Shown in pieces: positions 26,736-37,987 of a stretch of DNA of 64,000 nucleotides. The notes below the pieces were generated by a model. The model was not told the origin of the DNA. It did no database searches and saw only the letters and a list, made by a program, of their open reading frames with translations. The position numbers and the translations under genes are program-made. How positions within the stretch are numbered: the stretch's first letter is position 1; each line of letters begins with the position of its first letter. This stretch comes from Eledone cirrhosa (Eukaryota). The stretch lies in contig OZ024748.1 in NCBI GenBank assembly GCA_964016885.1, forward strand, positions 41,230,001 to 41,294,000. The letters are read 5' to 3'.

Positions 26736-26998
26736 TCCTTTGTCAGTGTTGAACAAACGAGCAACGGTGGTTGCTAGACACTACGGCTTAATACGGGATG
26801 TTTGTTTACAAACACACCGAGAATTATAATAAATGTTCGGTGAATCCATACGTGCATATATATATGTGTGCATGTATGTATATATGTATATACATACTAC
26901 TGTACGTCGGTATACATATATGTATGTACGTGTACATACTTATATTTAAGTAACAGCCGTACGAAGAGTGGGAAATGAAATATCGTTTCATTTTTTCC

Positions 26999-27050
<52 letters not shown>

Positions 27051-27324
27051 GGAAAAGAATGAAACGAAATTTCATTTCTCACTCTTAGTACGGCACTTAC
27101 TTAAATGCAAGTATGTATGTATACGTACATACATATATGTATACAGACGTACAGTAGCATGTATATATATACATACAGGCACACATATATATATGCACGT
27201 ATCAGTTTACCGAACATTTATTATAATGCTCGGTTTGTTCGTTTGTAAACAAACAAACAGCCTGATTTACGCCGTACAGTGTTTAGGCAACCACGTCACC
27301 TTTTTGTTCAACACTGACACAGGA

Positions 27325-27367
27325 ACGATGTACTAGTTTCAAGCTTATTAGCTATCGTCAGCACCAT
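27325..27367 (-). ncRNA. Minimal type I hammerhead ribozyme motif (family D, diverged with compensatory changes)
   Basis: The minus strand reads atggtg-CTGACGA-tagctaataagctt-GAAA-ctag-TA-catcgt. Three stem I substitutions all keep pairing. Confidence 0.8.
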
Positions 27368-27422
27368 ATACCTTTCTGCCAGATGGTTGAACGTCAGAAA
27401 GTATATACTTTCCTTATGAAAA

Positions 27423-27470
<48 letters not shown>

Positions 27471-27512
27471 ACGATATTAAATAAATGGAAACTATATTTA
27501 TAAAACCATATT

Positions 27513-27577
27513 TATTTTATTATATATATTTCAAGGGCAACCAAGACAACATTGGTACGCTTTCATCAGATAAAATA
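27513..27577 (-). ncRNA. Minimal type I hammerhead ribozyme motif (family A)
   Basis: The minus strand reads tattttat-CTGATGA-aagcgtacca..tggttgccctt-GAAA-tatata-TA-ataaaata. Its downstream tail (27472-27505) is mirrored in inverted form at ~27674-27706. Confidence 0.8.
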
Positions 27578-28142
27578 CAAAGTTTGTTCATCAGATAAAA
27601 TAGAAAGTTTGTTTTATAAACAGAGACATACCCATGAAAATCATACTTTATCGGTTGGAAATTCACTGGATAGTTTTATAAATATAGTTTCCATTTATTT
27701 AATATCATTGAATATTTACTCCAGTAACTTGTTGAATGCTCTAAATCATTTATAAACATTTATGTTTGTCGGACTTCTAACAAATTAAATACAACTTCTA
27801 CTTATATATATAGATTTCAGATAAAGAATCTTGCTAAACAAATTCAGAAACGAAATATATATATATATAAATGAAAAGAATAGAAATTATTGTAGCAAGA
27901 AGCCAACAGTATTCCAGTGAAAGAATGAAGAGTAACATGGTTGCAACCAACCATGTTACTCTTCATTTTTTCACTATTATTACTCCAAGTATAACTACAT
28001 AGAATTACCGCGAACTCGCCACCTAACTATGGAAACATCTTGTTGAGTCAAACAAAGCCGTACGTTAAAACTATCCACGACGCAGAGTACTCACAACCCC
28101 TAACTGGATTACCTATAACGATAACTTGTTATCCCATATATA

Positions 28143-28204
<62 letters not shown>

Positions 28205-28478
28205 GCCTATGATAGTTGGAAGATCACTGATGAAGGACAAACTTTTTTCATATGTAACCCATTTGCAACTCCGCAGCGCCCTTATTATCATATATATATA
28301 TATATATATATATGGGTTTTCAAATCCACATTCAATAAAAACACCAGGATTTTTTCATTCTGACGACTGAAAGCAGATTTGTTTGTTTTCAAGAACCACT
28401 TGTAAATGAAATAATATCTTATGTTGTTTATTACATAAATAAATAAATAATAAATAAATAAATATATACACACGTATG

Positions 28479-28515
<37 letters not shown>

Positions 28516-28560
28516 CGTGTGTGTGTGGTGTATGTTTGAATATATATATATATGTGTGTG

Positions 28561-28593
<33 letters not shown>

Positions 28594-28754
28594 CTGTGTG
28601 TGTGTGTGTTTATTCAAAACGTAATATATATATGTAATATATATATGTAATATATATATGTAATATATATATGTAATATATATATGTAATATGTATATAT
28701 GTATATTTATTACGTTTTGAATAAACAAACAATTTATTAGGTTCTGTACGTGGG

Positions 28755-28980
28755 ACGTGGCTGTGACATCACTCAGACTGGGGGCCTAGTGACTGTCACT
28801 CTTCCTGCCCTTGGGGTGCGGCTGTGACACACTCAGACTGGGGTCTAGTGACTGTCACTCTTCTTGCCCTTGGGGTGCGGCTGTGACACCACTCAGACTG
28901 GGGTCTAGTGACTGTCACTCTCCCTGCCCTTGGGTGCGGTTGTGACACCACTCAGACTGGGGTCTAGTGACTGTCACTCT
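28755..28980 (+). repeat. ~60-bp minisatellite (4 units)
   Basis: Unit ggctgtgacaccactcagactggggtctagtgactgtcactcttcctgcccttggggtgc. Confidence 0.9.
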
Positions 28981-29114
28981 CCGTTCTCCCCCCCCCCCCC
29001 CCACTCCCATATCTTTGATATGATTTCCGAAAGAAACAAATCAATAGAAATTAGTCAGAGAAACGAAAAACCAAAACGAAAAAAGACGTCGACAGTTATT
29101 TCTGAGAGGGCCTT

Positions 29115-30575
29115 AGGGACAGAGTCTTCGAACACTCCTTCCAGCAGGTCCTAGTCATGGGAGGGCAGAGTCCTCAAACACTCCTTCCAGCAGGTCCTAG
29201 TCATGGGAGGGCAGAGTCCTCAAACACTCCTTCCAGCAGGTCCTAGTCATGGGAGGGCAGAGTCCTCAAAACCTCCCTCCAACAGGTCCTAGTCATGGGA
29301 GGACAGAGTCCCCAAAACACTCCTTCCAACAGGTCCTAGACATGGGAGGGCAGAGTCCTCAAAACCTCCCTCCAACAGGTCCTAGTCATGGGAGGGCAGA
29401 GTCCTCAAACACTCCTTCCAACAGGTCCTAGTCATGGGAGGGCAGAGTCCTCAAACACTCCTTCCAACAGGTCCTAGTCATAGGAGGGCAGAGTCCTCAA
29501 ACACTCCTTCCAACAGGTCCTAGTCATGGGAGGGCAGAGTCCTCAAACACTCCTTCCAACAGGTCCTAGTCATGGGAGGGCAGAGTCCTCAAAACCTCCC
29601 TCCAACAGGTCCTAGTCATGGGAGGACAGAGTCCCCAAACACTCCTTCCAACAGGTCCTAGTCATGGGAGGGCAGAGTCCTCAAAAACCTCCCTCCAACA
29701 GGTCCTAGTCATGGGAGGGCAGAGTCCTCAAACACTCCTTCCAACAGGTCCTAGTCATGGGAGGGCAGAGTCCTCAAACACTCCTTCCAACAGGTCCTAG
29801 TCATGGGAGGGCAGAGTCCTCAAACACTCCTTCCAACAGGTCCTAGTCATGGGAGGGCAGAGTCCTCAAACACTCCTTCCAACAGGTCCTAGTCATGGAG
29901 GGCAGAGTCCTCAAAACCTCCCTCCAACAGGTCCTAGTCATGGGAGGGCAGAGTCCTCGAACACTCCTTCCAACAGGTCCTAGTCATGGGAGGGCAGAGT
30001 CCTCAAACACTCCTTCTAACAGGTCCTAGTCATGGGAGGGCAGAGTCCTCAAACACTCCTTCCAACAGGTCCTAGTCATGGGAAGGCAGAGTCCTCAAAC
30101 ACTCCTTCCAACAGGTCTTAGTCATGGGAGGGCAGAGTCCTCAAACACTCCTTCCAACAGGTCCTAGTCATGGGAGGGCAGAGTCCTCAAACACTCCTTC
30201 CAACAGGGCCTAGTCATGGGAGGGCAGAGTCCTCAAAACCTCCCTCCAACAGGTCCTAGTCATGGGAGGGCAGAGTCCTCAAACACTCCTTCCAACAGGT
30301 CCTAGTCATGGGAGGGCAGAGTCCTCAAAACCTCCCTCCAACAGGTCCTAGTCATGGGAGGGCAGAGTCCTCAAACACTCCTTCCAACAGGTCCTAGTCA
30401 TGGGAGGGCAGAGTCCTCAAAACCTCCCTCCAACAGGTCCTAGTCATGGGAGGGCAGAGTCCTCAAACACTCCTTCCAACAGGTCCTAGTCATGGGAGGG
30501 CAGAGTCCTCAAACACTCCTTCCAGCAGGTGGTAGTCATGGGAGGGCAGAGTCCTCAAACACTCCTTCCAGCGGG
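29115..30575 (+). repeat. 46-bp minisatellite (about 32 units) expanded inside an RTE LINE 3' end
   Basis: Unit gggagggcagagtcctcaaacactccttccaacaggtcctagtcat. Both flanks match the single-copy paralog at 6195-6455. Confidence 0.95.
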
Positions 30576-30895
30576 TCCTGTCAGAAGCAACTGTCTCCAA
30601 CTAATCTGGCTCGATCCCCAAGCGAGACCAGACAAGCTTATGGATGTTATCCAACCATCTTGCTCGGGGTTTACCCCTGGGTCTCCTGCTGGTTGCTTTT
30701 GCCCATAAAACCTGTCCAGCGATTCTTTCCCCGAGACCTTCTAACCACATGTCCATAGTATCAGAGCTGTGATCTCTCAATTCAGAGAAGTAACAGCTCT
30801 ACCTGGAGCAACTCTCCAGTGATTCCTGCGCTACAAACTCTATCGTAATGTTACTCCCAAAAACCCTTCGGAGGAACCACATTTTGGCCGCTACA
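30545..30895 (-). pseudogene. RTE-clade (Rex3/Expander-like) LINE 3' fragment
   Basis: The minus strand gives, with frameshifts and stops, AAKMWFLRRV..GVTL..RV.S....LQVELLLL*IERSQL*YYGHVVRR...AGQVLWAKATSRRPRGKPRARWLDNIHKLVWSRLGIEP..LETVASDRTRWKECLRTLP. Confidence 0.8.
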
Positions 30896-30922
30896 AGTAA
30901 TGTTGGTATTTCCCCTCTTAAA

Positions 30923-31475
30923 ATGGTGATAGCGAGGCTAAGGCACTGTAATAGCCAAGTTCCCTTATATGGTGATAAGCGAGGCTAAGGCACTGTAATA
31001 GCCAAGTTCCCCTATATGGTGATAGCGAGGCTAAGGCACTGTAATAGCCAAGTTCCCTTATATGGTGATAGCGAGGCTAAGGCACTGTAATAGCCAAGCT
31101 CCCTTATATGGTGATAGCGAGGCTAAGACACTGTAATAGCCAAGTTCCCTTATATGGTGATAGCGAGGCTAAGGCACTGTAATAGCCAAGTTCCCTTATA
31201 TGGTGATAGCGAGGCTAAGGCACTGTAATAGCCAAGTTCCCTTATATGGTGATAGCGAGGCTAAGGCACTGTAATAGCCAAGTTCCCTTGTATGGTGATA
31301 GCGAGGCTAAGGCACTGTAATAGCCAAGCTCCCTTATATGGTGATAGCGAGGCTAAGACACTGTAATAGCCAAGTTCCCTTATATGGTGATAGCGAGGCT
31401 AAGGCACTGTAATAGCCAAGTTCCCTTATATGGTGATAGCGAGGCTAAGGCACTGTAATAGCTAAGTTCCCTTAT
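30923..31475 (+). repeat. 46-bp minisatellite (about 12 units)
   Basis: Unit atggtgatagcgaggctaaggcactgtaatagccaagttcccttat. Confidence 0.95.
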
Positions 31476-31831
31476 CACCTGATACAGTAAAGTCAGCCTT
31501 AATATGACTCTTCATCTACTTGTCTATTATTCTTTACCTATATTTGTTTTTTCTTAAAAGTAGTTTTGCCTGAACACATCTATCTCTCTATCTCTCTATT
31601 TATTTATCTATCTATCTATCTATCTATCTTGATAGAGTAAGACACGCTTCGCATCGGCTCCGCTATTCCATCGGGATTTACCCTTACTATTGTAAGTACT
31701 GGATAAATTTTTTAGTGCAACACATTTGGAACACTAACCCCTGTTATTTAGGGAAACATTTTTGCATTTACCCCCTTTTTAGGGGGTAAAATAAATATCT
31801 ATTTTTGCCGAAAAATTTCTTTTTTGGCAGC

Positions 31832-33535
31832 ATGGCGGAAAAGATGGCAGACATGTCTGCCATTAGCTCTGCCACGCCCCCCAAGTCTGAAGAACAAAAA
31901 ATAATTACAACAAAATTAGACATTGAAACAAACAAACAAAATGAAAAAACAAATGTTAAGGAAAATGAGCAAACAGAAAACAAACAAACAGAAAATAATA
32001 CAAATAACGACAGGGCAACTTTCGCCCAGAAAACAAAACAATCCATTACATACACACCAATTGACCTAACTGCCGCCAGAGAAAAACTGGCCGAAGCAAA
32101 GAAACACATTGTTTTGGGGGAGAACGGAATGTTTTCCATTAACTCCCCCCCCCCCCCCCCAGAATTCAAGAAAGCCAGAGCAGAAAACACAGTTCTATAC
32201 AGAACTATACTGAACCAGACAAGAAAGCCAGCACAGCCCAGCCAAATGGAAATAGAGTTAGTCCTAAAAGACTATATGAAGAATATTCTCTTCATACGAA
32301 AGGACCGACTCTATGGCAGCATTTCGGTCCTAACAAGAGACAAAGAAACGGCGGAGAAGCTTTCCCTAAGCCCACTCTCGTCGACAACATATAGCTTCTA
32401 TCCCTCCTACATGGGTAGAAGAACACAGAGAGTAAAAGTAAAAACAATGCTGCCCACAATGGACTTCTGGTGGGCTATTGCTGGCTTCATTGATATGGGC
32501 GAAGACACTATGCTGTCAATGGGGAAGGCAACTGGAGATGCGTTCCTGGGAATGGGCCTCGACATACTAGTCCAAATGAGGCCCGAAAGAATAGCACAAA
32601 TCCCGGATCGCATCTGGCTGGATGACCTTACCCCAATAGACATAATTGTAGAGGGGAGAAGACCAGCATGCTATTTATGCATGGAAAGGGGACACGTTAA
32701 GGCTAACTGCCCGAAACGTATCCCCCAAAAAGGACTATTGCCCACACCCACCACAAACAGTACACCAGCACCACCCACCTCCAAAAATACACTAATACCA
32801 CACACAGCAAACAAAATACAGACACCACCAACCACAAACACAACACAAACATCACCACCACCAGCACCAAACACAAGCACGACACAAAAATCACCACCAC
32901 CAACCACAACACAAACATCACCACCACCATCACCAACCACAAGCACGACACAAACATTACCACCACCACCACCACCACAAAACCCATTCCAAACAAATAA
33001 TAAAAAAAACAGTAACAAATCTACCCCTCCCGCAAAAAAAAAACAACCACACAACACGTCCCTCCCACCTAGCGCTGAAGAGTTTCCCCCAACTTCTGAA
33101 GAAGAAGGAGGAGAAGCCTTCAGACAAGTTAAAAGAAAAAAAAGAAAACACACACCCAGCACACCACAAATAACCCACACACAAACACCAACTCCAATCA
33201 AAAACACCCCACCCTCAACAAACAAAAATAAATCTGCGCCTCCCCTCTCCGAAACATTGACAGCATCACAAAAAAAGACGTTGCAATACACATATATAAA
33301 TAAAGAAAACAAAAAACTGGTTAAATTAATAAACAATAACCCTATGGTGCAGACCGAAGGGCCAAACTTTATCTCAACAGAGAACTTCACCCATTTAAAA
33401 ATGATAAAGGTCCCTCTGGACCTTTATCGTTCCTTAAAAGAACAATTTAGACGGGACGTGAGCCCCCCCCCCCTGTTTAAAACCGTTGAATCGCGTCCTC
33501 TTGAAAGATTTCCCCATAACCGCCCCTCTCCCTGA
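31832..33535 (+). CDS. LINE ORF1 (gag-like nucleic-acid-binding protein with CCHC zinc knuckle and Pro/Thr-rich tail)
   Basis: First ATG at 31832 (agcATGG). Zinc knuckle CYLCMERGHVKANC preceded by VEGRRPA. Basic motif QVKRKKRK. Confidence 0.85.
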   Translation: MAEKMADMSAISSATPPKSEEQKIITTKLDIETNKQNEKTNVKENEQTENKQTENNTNNDRATFAQKTKQSITYTPIDLTAAREKLAEAKKHIVLGENGMFSINSPPPPPEFKKARAENTVLYRTILNQTRKPAQPSQMEIELVLKDYMKNILFIRKDRLYGSISVLTRDKETAEKLSLSPLSSTTYSFYPSYMGRRTQRVKVKTMLPTMDFWWAIAGFIDMGEDTMLSMGKATGDAFLGMGLDILVQMRPERIAQIPDRIWLDDLTPIDIIVEGRRPACYLCMERGHVKANCPKRIPQKGLLPTPTTNSTPAPPTSKNTLIPHTANKIQTPPTTNTTQTSPPPAPNTSTTQKSPPPTTTQTSPPPSPTTSTTQTLPPPPPPQNPFQTNNKKNSNKSTPPAKKKQPHNTSLPPSAEEFPPTSEEEGGEAFRQVKRKKRKHTPSTPQITHTQTPTPIKNTPPSTNKNKSAPPLSETLTASQKKTLQYTYINKENKKLVKLINNNPMVQTEGPNFISTENFTHLKMIKVPLDLYRSLKEQFRRDVSPPPLFKTVESRPLERFPHNRPSP

Positions 33536-33679
33536 CACAACTCCAAATACCCCAACCCCACCACACACGTGTACCCCCACACCACCACAAAACATCCCTC
33601 CACCCAACACACCTGATGCCATGGAAATTACGCAACCCGGAGAGGTAAGTGCTTTTCTTTCTTCACTTTCAACACCAAA

Positions 33680-36600
33680 ATAGATCAATTGAGAGTTGGC
33701 TGTTTGAACGCGCGTGGCCTGGGCTCAGCTTGGAAGCAAGCAAAGCTTCTAAGTGACCTCAGGTCACAAAGTATAGATGTGATGGTTGTTTGCGAGAGTC
33801 GGATCAGCAGCGTGAGACAGCTGGCGCCCGCCTTCGATGACTTTGAGATGCACGCATCTCTCTGTCAACCCGGAGGCGGGGGGGGGGGGAGTTGCCGTAC
33901 TGCTGGATAAACGTCTGACTCTCGACGTACAGATTGTTCACTCGGACCCGGGGGGTCGATTACTGGTGCTGGACGTCGGAGGCGGTGAAGGCGGGGCTTT
34001 CAGACTGGTCGGTCTTTATGCTCCCTTCGGGGCGGAAAGAGCCGACTTCTTCCAGCGTCTGGAGACTTTTCTAGGAACGTCGCGTTCCCTGCTTTTAGTG
34101 GGGGACTGGAATGGAATCCTAGATGCGCGTTGGGACTATGCAGGGGCATGTCCCGATAGAGGGGGGTGTAGCAGCCTCAAGGGGTTACTCGATCGATTCG
34201 ACCTGGTCGATAGATTTCGACTAGATTGTCCAACTGCGCCAACCTGGACCTGGGCAAACCGCAGTGGACAATCTAGATCGTACCTAGATAGGTTTTTGGT
34301 TAGGAGTAAGGATAGGGACGTATTTAGTTGTCCAGAACTGATCATGGTTGGCTATTCAGATCACAAATTAGTGACCTGCGTGGTCAACCTTGATAGAACG
34401 CATAGACAGGGTCCCGGTTACTGGAAGATGAACTTGTCCTTGCCGACAAAGAAAGATTACAGAAACCGGATTAGTAGCTTAGTTAAGATGCGGTTGACGG
34501 GAGCGATCGTCAACAGTAGGTGGTGGGTATCTCTAAAGAGAGAGATTAGAGTAAGTTCGATAGGTTACAGTAAGGAACTAGCGGCGAATAGAAATAGGAA
34601 GGAAAGGGAGTTAACAGATAAACTAGAAGAGGCGATTAGGAGCGGAGACGTAGCCAGAGTGTTAGCGGCAAGAACGGCGTTGAGCCAGTTCTTTGACGCG
34701 AAGCACGAAGGCTGCGTTGTCCGAAGTAAAATACGTGCTTTAGGAAACGAGGGGACCAAAGCTGTTAGCTGGGCCCGCGTGACAGAAGCCAAGAGTGGAA
34801 TTAAATCCACCATTCGGTCTTTGCGAGACCAGGATGGACGGGTGATCCTTGAACCTGAGCGAATGTGCGAGGCCTTTCAAAGGCACTTTGCTCGACTGTT
34901 CGGAGGTGGCGGGGGGCCGGACGGGGATGTGGACTTCGGTCCATACCTCGACGGTCTACCGCGTCTTTCGAGCGGCGAAGCGGAGTGCTGCGAAAGGCCA
35001 ATCACAGCCACTGAAATCGGGGAAGTGCTCAGCCAATGCAGCAGACGCAAATCCCCGGGTCTCGATGGTCTACCATACGAACTTTATTTAGCTATGCCGG
35101 TCTTGTTCTCCGAACTCCTCGAGGCTGTCTATTGCAACTGGCAACAGAACGGGAGAATTCCCTGTTCTGTGACCAAGGGCGTGGTCACGCTAGTGAGGAA
35201 GGACGAGAGCAAGGGGGACGACTTAAGTAATTTTAGGCCCATAACTCTGCTGAATGCAGAGTTACAGATTTTGGCCAAGGTGTTGGCGAAGAGGTTGGCG
35301 CTTGTGGTGGGTGGTTTGGTAGGAGACGCGCAGACATGCGCTATCCCGTCCAGGTCCATTCACGACAACCTCCACCTCATGCGATACATCATAGAGAGGG
35401 TTGGCTACGAACCCGGCTTTGGTGGGGCCCTGATCAACTTGGATCAATCTAAGGCGTTCGATAGGGTCGACCATGGTTACCTGGATGCGGTGCTAGCGGC
35501 GGCGGGCTTCGGACCCGTTTTCAGGGGCTGGATTTCTGCCATGCACAGTGGCAACATCTACTCTAGGATTAAAGTAAACGGCTACCTCTCGGAGCCGTTT
35601 CAAATCACCCGGTCCATCAGACAGGGGGTGCCCCCTCTCCTCCCTTCTGTACGTATTGACTCTCGAGCCACTGCTGCGAAAGTTGGAGTTGCTGCGGGGC
35701 ATACCCCTGGAACCGGGATTGCACAAAGCGGTCTCGGCCTATGCCGACGACGTAACAGTAATGGTGGCGGACGCCTCGGAAATCGGGGTGATCGCCACCC
35801 TACTGGAGGAATACGAAAGGCTGACGGGGGCTAGGCTGAACCAGGACAAGTCAGTCGGTTTGCAACTCGGAACGTGGAGGGGCAAACCGATGCCGTTAGA
35901 CGGTGTCGTCGGGCGGTGGACGGAGGGCCCGGTGAAGCTACTCGGGGTCTGGTTCGGACCGGACCTCCAGGTGGAGAAGAATTGGGGCGAGGTGACGAGC
36001 AGAGTGTTTGCGCTGACCCAGAAGTGGGCCAAGTGCAAACTATCACTGAAAGGTCGGGCGGAGGTGACGAGCGCTTACATAGCGTCCGTCATCTACTACC
36101 GCCTGACCGTCGTGCCTTGCCCCAAGGAAAAGCTCACCATCATGGAACGCATGCTCTTCCAGTTCCTCTGGAAGAAGCGGCCTCCCATGGTGAGGAGATC
36201 CATCTGCTGCCAGCACCCTTCGAAAGGAGGGCTGGGTATGCCGTGGCTGTTGATGCGTAGGCACGCATTGAGGCTACGGCATCTACAGGTATTCCTCAAC
36301 GGTCAGCCGGTGTGGGCCCCGTTTGTGAGGCGAGCCTTCCCACAGCTCGTCTCGCTCACCGAACTGCAATCCTGGGTGAAGCAAAGACCGAGAAAACTGG
36401 GCAACTGGCACACCGAGTGTGCCCAGGCGCTCACGGCTATCTGGCAAGCGGACCCGACTATCAGTGGAGAATCCACCTCGACATTCTATAGAGGGTTGGT
36501 GGCTAGCAAGGGCGACGACACCCTTGGAGAGTTGCTAGGCATGGAGGAGGACGAACTGGCCAGCCTGTTCGGTAGAACTTTCGGCCCGGGACCCATGGAC

Positions 36601-37122
36601 GACTTCCAGAGGTCCCTAGCCTGGCAGTGTTACCGAGGGGCTCTGCCCGTTCGAGAAAAGCTCTACAGACACGGGCGCCCGGGCAGGGATCCCGCGAAAA
36701 AGATCTGCCCCAGATGCGTGCGCGACGAGGAAACCGTTGCGCATGCACTGGTACACTGCCCGGGCGTTGCCGATCTGTGGGGCTACGTCGAACGACTGCT
36801 GTCTCGTGTGGCGCCGATTCGATTAACCGCCGAGTCTGTGGTGAACATCAAGCCGCCTCCTCCCTTCAGAAATGAAGCAGAGGCGGTCTTTCTGTGCGTA
36901 ATAGCCATGATGAAAGAGGTTGTGTGGTGGACGCGCCTGAAAGGTCTGAGGTCGGGTGACTTTCTCTCCGGCCATCACCTGGTTTACTTCTTCCGATACC
37001 ACTTCGGAAGAAGGATCAGGATGGAGAGAGAAGTGCTTGGCCCCAGACAGTTTTATGAAAGGTGGGTGAAAGAAGTGAGAATGGCCCGTGTAAATGGGCC
37101 TTCTCTCTACATTGTTCTGTAG
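33680..37122 (+). CDS. LINE ORF2: AP endonuclease, reverse transcriptase and C-terminal CCHC zinc finger (two +1 frameshifts in G runs)
   Basis: APE motifs LNARGL, VCES, GGVAVL, YAP, GDWN, YLDRFL, SDH. RT motifs KSPGLDGLP, NFRPITLLN, LDQSKAFDRVDH, RQGCPLS (after removing one G at 35624-35628), YADD. Zinc finger CPRCVRDEETVAHALVHC. The first shift lies in G12 at 33878-33889. The start is inferred at in-frame ATA 33680. Confidence 0.92.
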
Positions 37123-37353
37123 GTGAAGAAGTGAAGAGGAAAGGGGGAGCGCCTCCTCTCTGGGCTTCCCCCGCGAAAAGAGTTGCACGCTTTTCGGGGG
37201 TATGTGCAATCCCCAACACGCCCCCTCCCTTTTGAGGACTTTTTATTGTTATATTATTATTGTTATTCCTTTTTTCTTTACTCGATTTATGTAAACTCCC
37301 CCACTGTGTAAATGTCCCCTTCTTTTGTGCCCTCGTGGCAAATAAATAGAAAT

Positions 37354-37412
<59 letters not shown>

Positions 37413-37622
37413 ACTATATATATATATATATATATAATGTAGGAGGTGAGTTTTATTGTAGTACAATAAAGCAATGCAGATATCGGATAAGAAGCACTCT
37501 ACAGTTTGTAGGACTGGAGTATACATAATATATAAGATCAAAAGATGGTTAAAGGAGTTCCATATGTTGATTTAAAACTGCACTATCCACAAGTGTTTTT
37601 TAGCCTTCATATCATGTTCTCC

Positions 37623-37693
37623 TGTTTTATCTGATGAAAACACAAATATTATTGCATGATGATGTTTGTTTTTGAAATGCGCATAATAAAATA
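37623..37693 (+). ncRNA. Minimal type I hammerhead ribozyme motif (family B, TGCGCA stem III)
   Basis: tgttttat-CTGATGA-aaacacaaatatt..gatgtttgttttt-GAAA-tgcgca-TA-ataaaata. It lies inside 39-bp inverted repeats at 37525-37563 and 37695-37733, ending in (TA)n. Confidence 0.85.
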
Positions 37694-37723
37694 CATGGAA
37701 CTCCTTTAACCATCTTTTGATCT

Positions 37724-37795
<72 letters not shown>

Positions 37796-37902
37796 ACCTA
37801 TCTCTCTTTGTCTCTCTATATATGTCTGTCTTCCCTTTGTAATCTGTTTTATTCTACTAAACTCGAGTCTGTGTGCACTCCTCTCCCCTTTATTCTAAAC
37901 AA

Positions 37903-37987
<85 letters not shown>

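Larger units (their letters stand above)
25860..27425. mobile_element. Hammerhead-bearing 422-bp monomer element (retrozyme/Penelope-like): ~1.6 tandem units, an inverted ~1.1 unit, then a diverged copy
   Basis: 25860-26540 is a direct repeat with period 422. 26548-27003 is its reverse complement. 27046-27425 is a diverged copy after (TA)n. Further fragments lie at ~41276-41482. There is one hammerhead per unit. Confidence 0.85.
31630..37351 (+). mobile_element. Full-length Tx1/L1-clade non-LTR retrotransposon inserted in (TATC)n
   Basis: 5' UTR of ~200 bp, ORF1, ORF2, and a 3' UTR with AATAAA at 37341-37346. Both flanks read atttatctatctatctatc..., a candidate TSD (31602-31629 and from 37352). 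Confidence 0.93.

Noticed and set aside
28215-28375. CTGATGA (~28227) and CTGACGA-ct-GAAA (~28359)
   Set aside because: No stem II or closing stem I in register.
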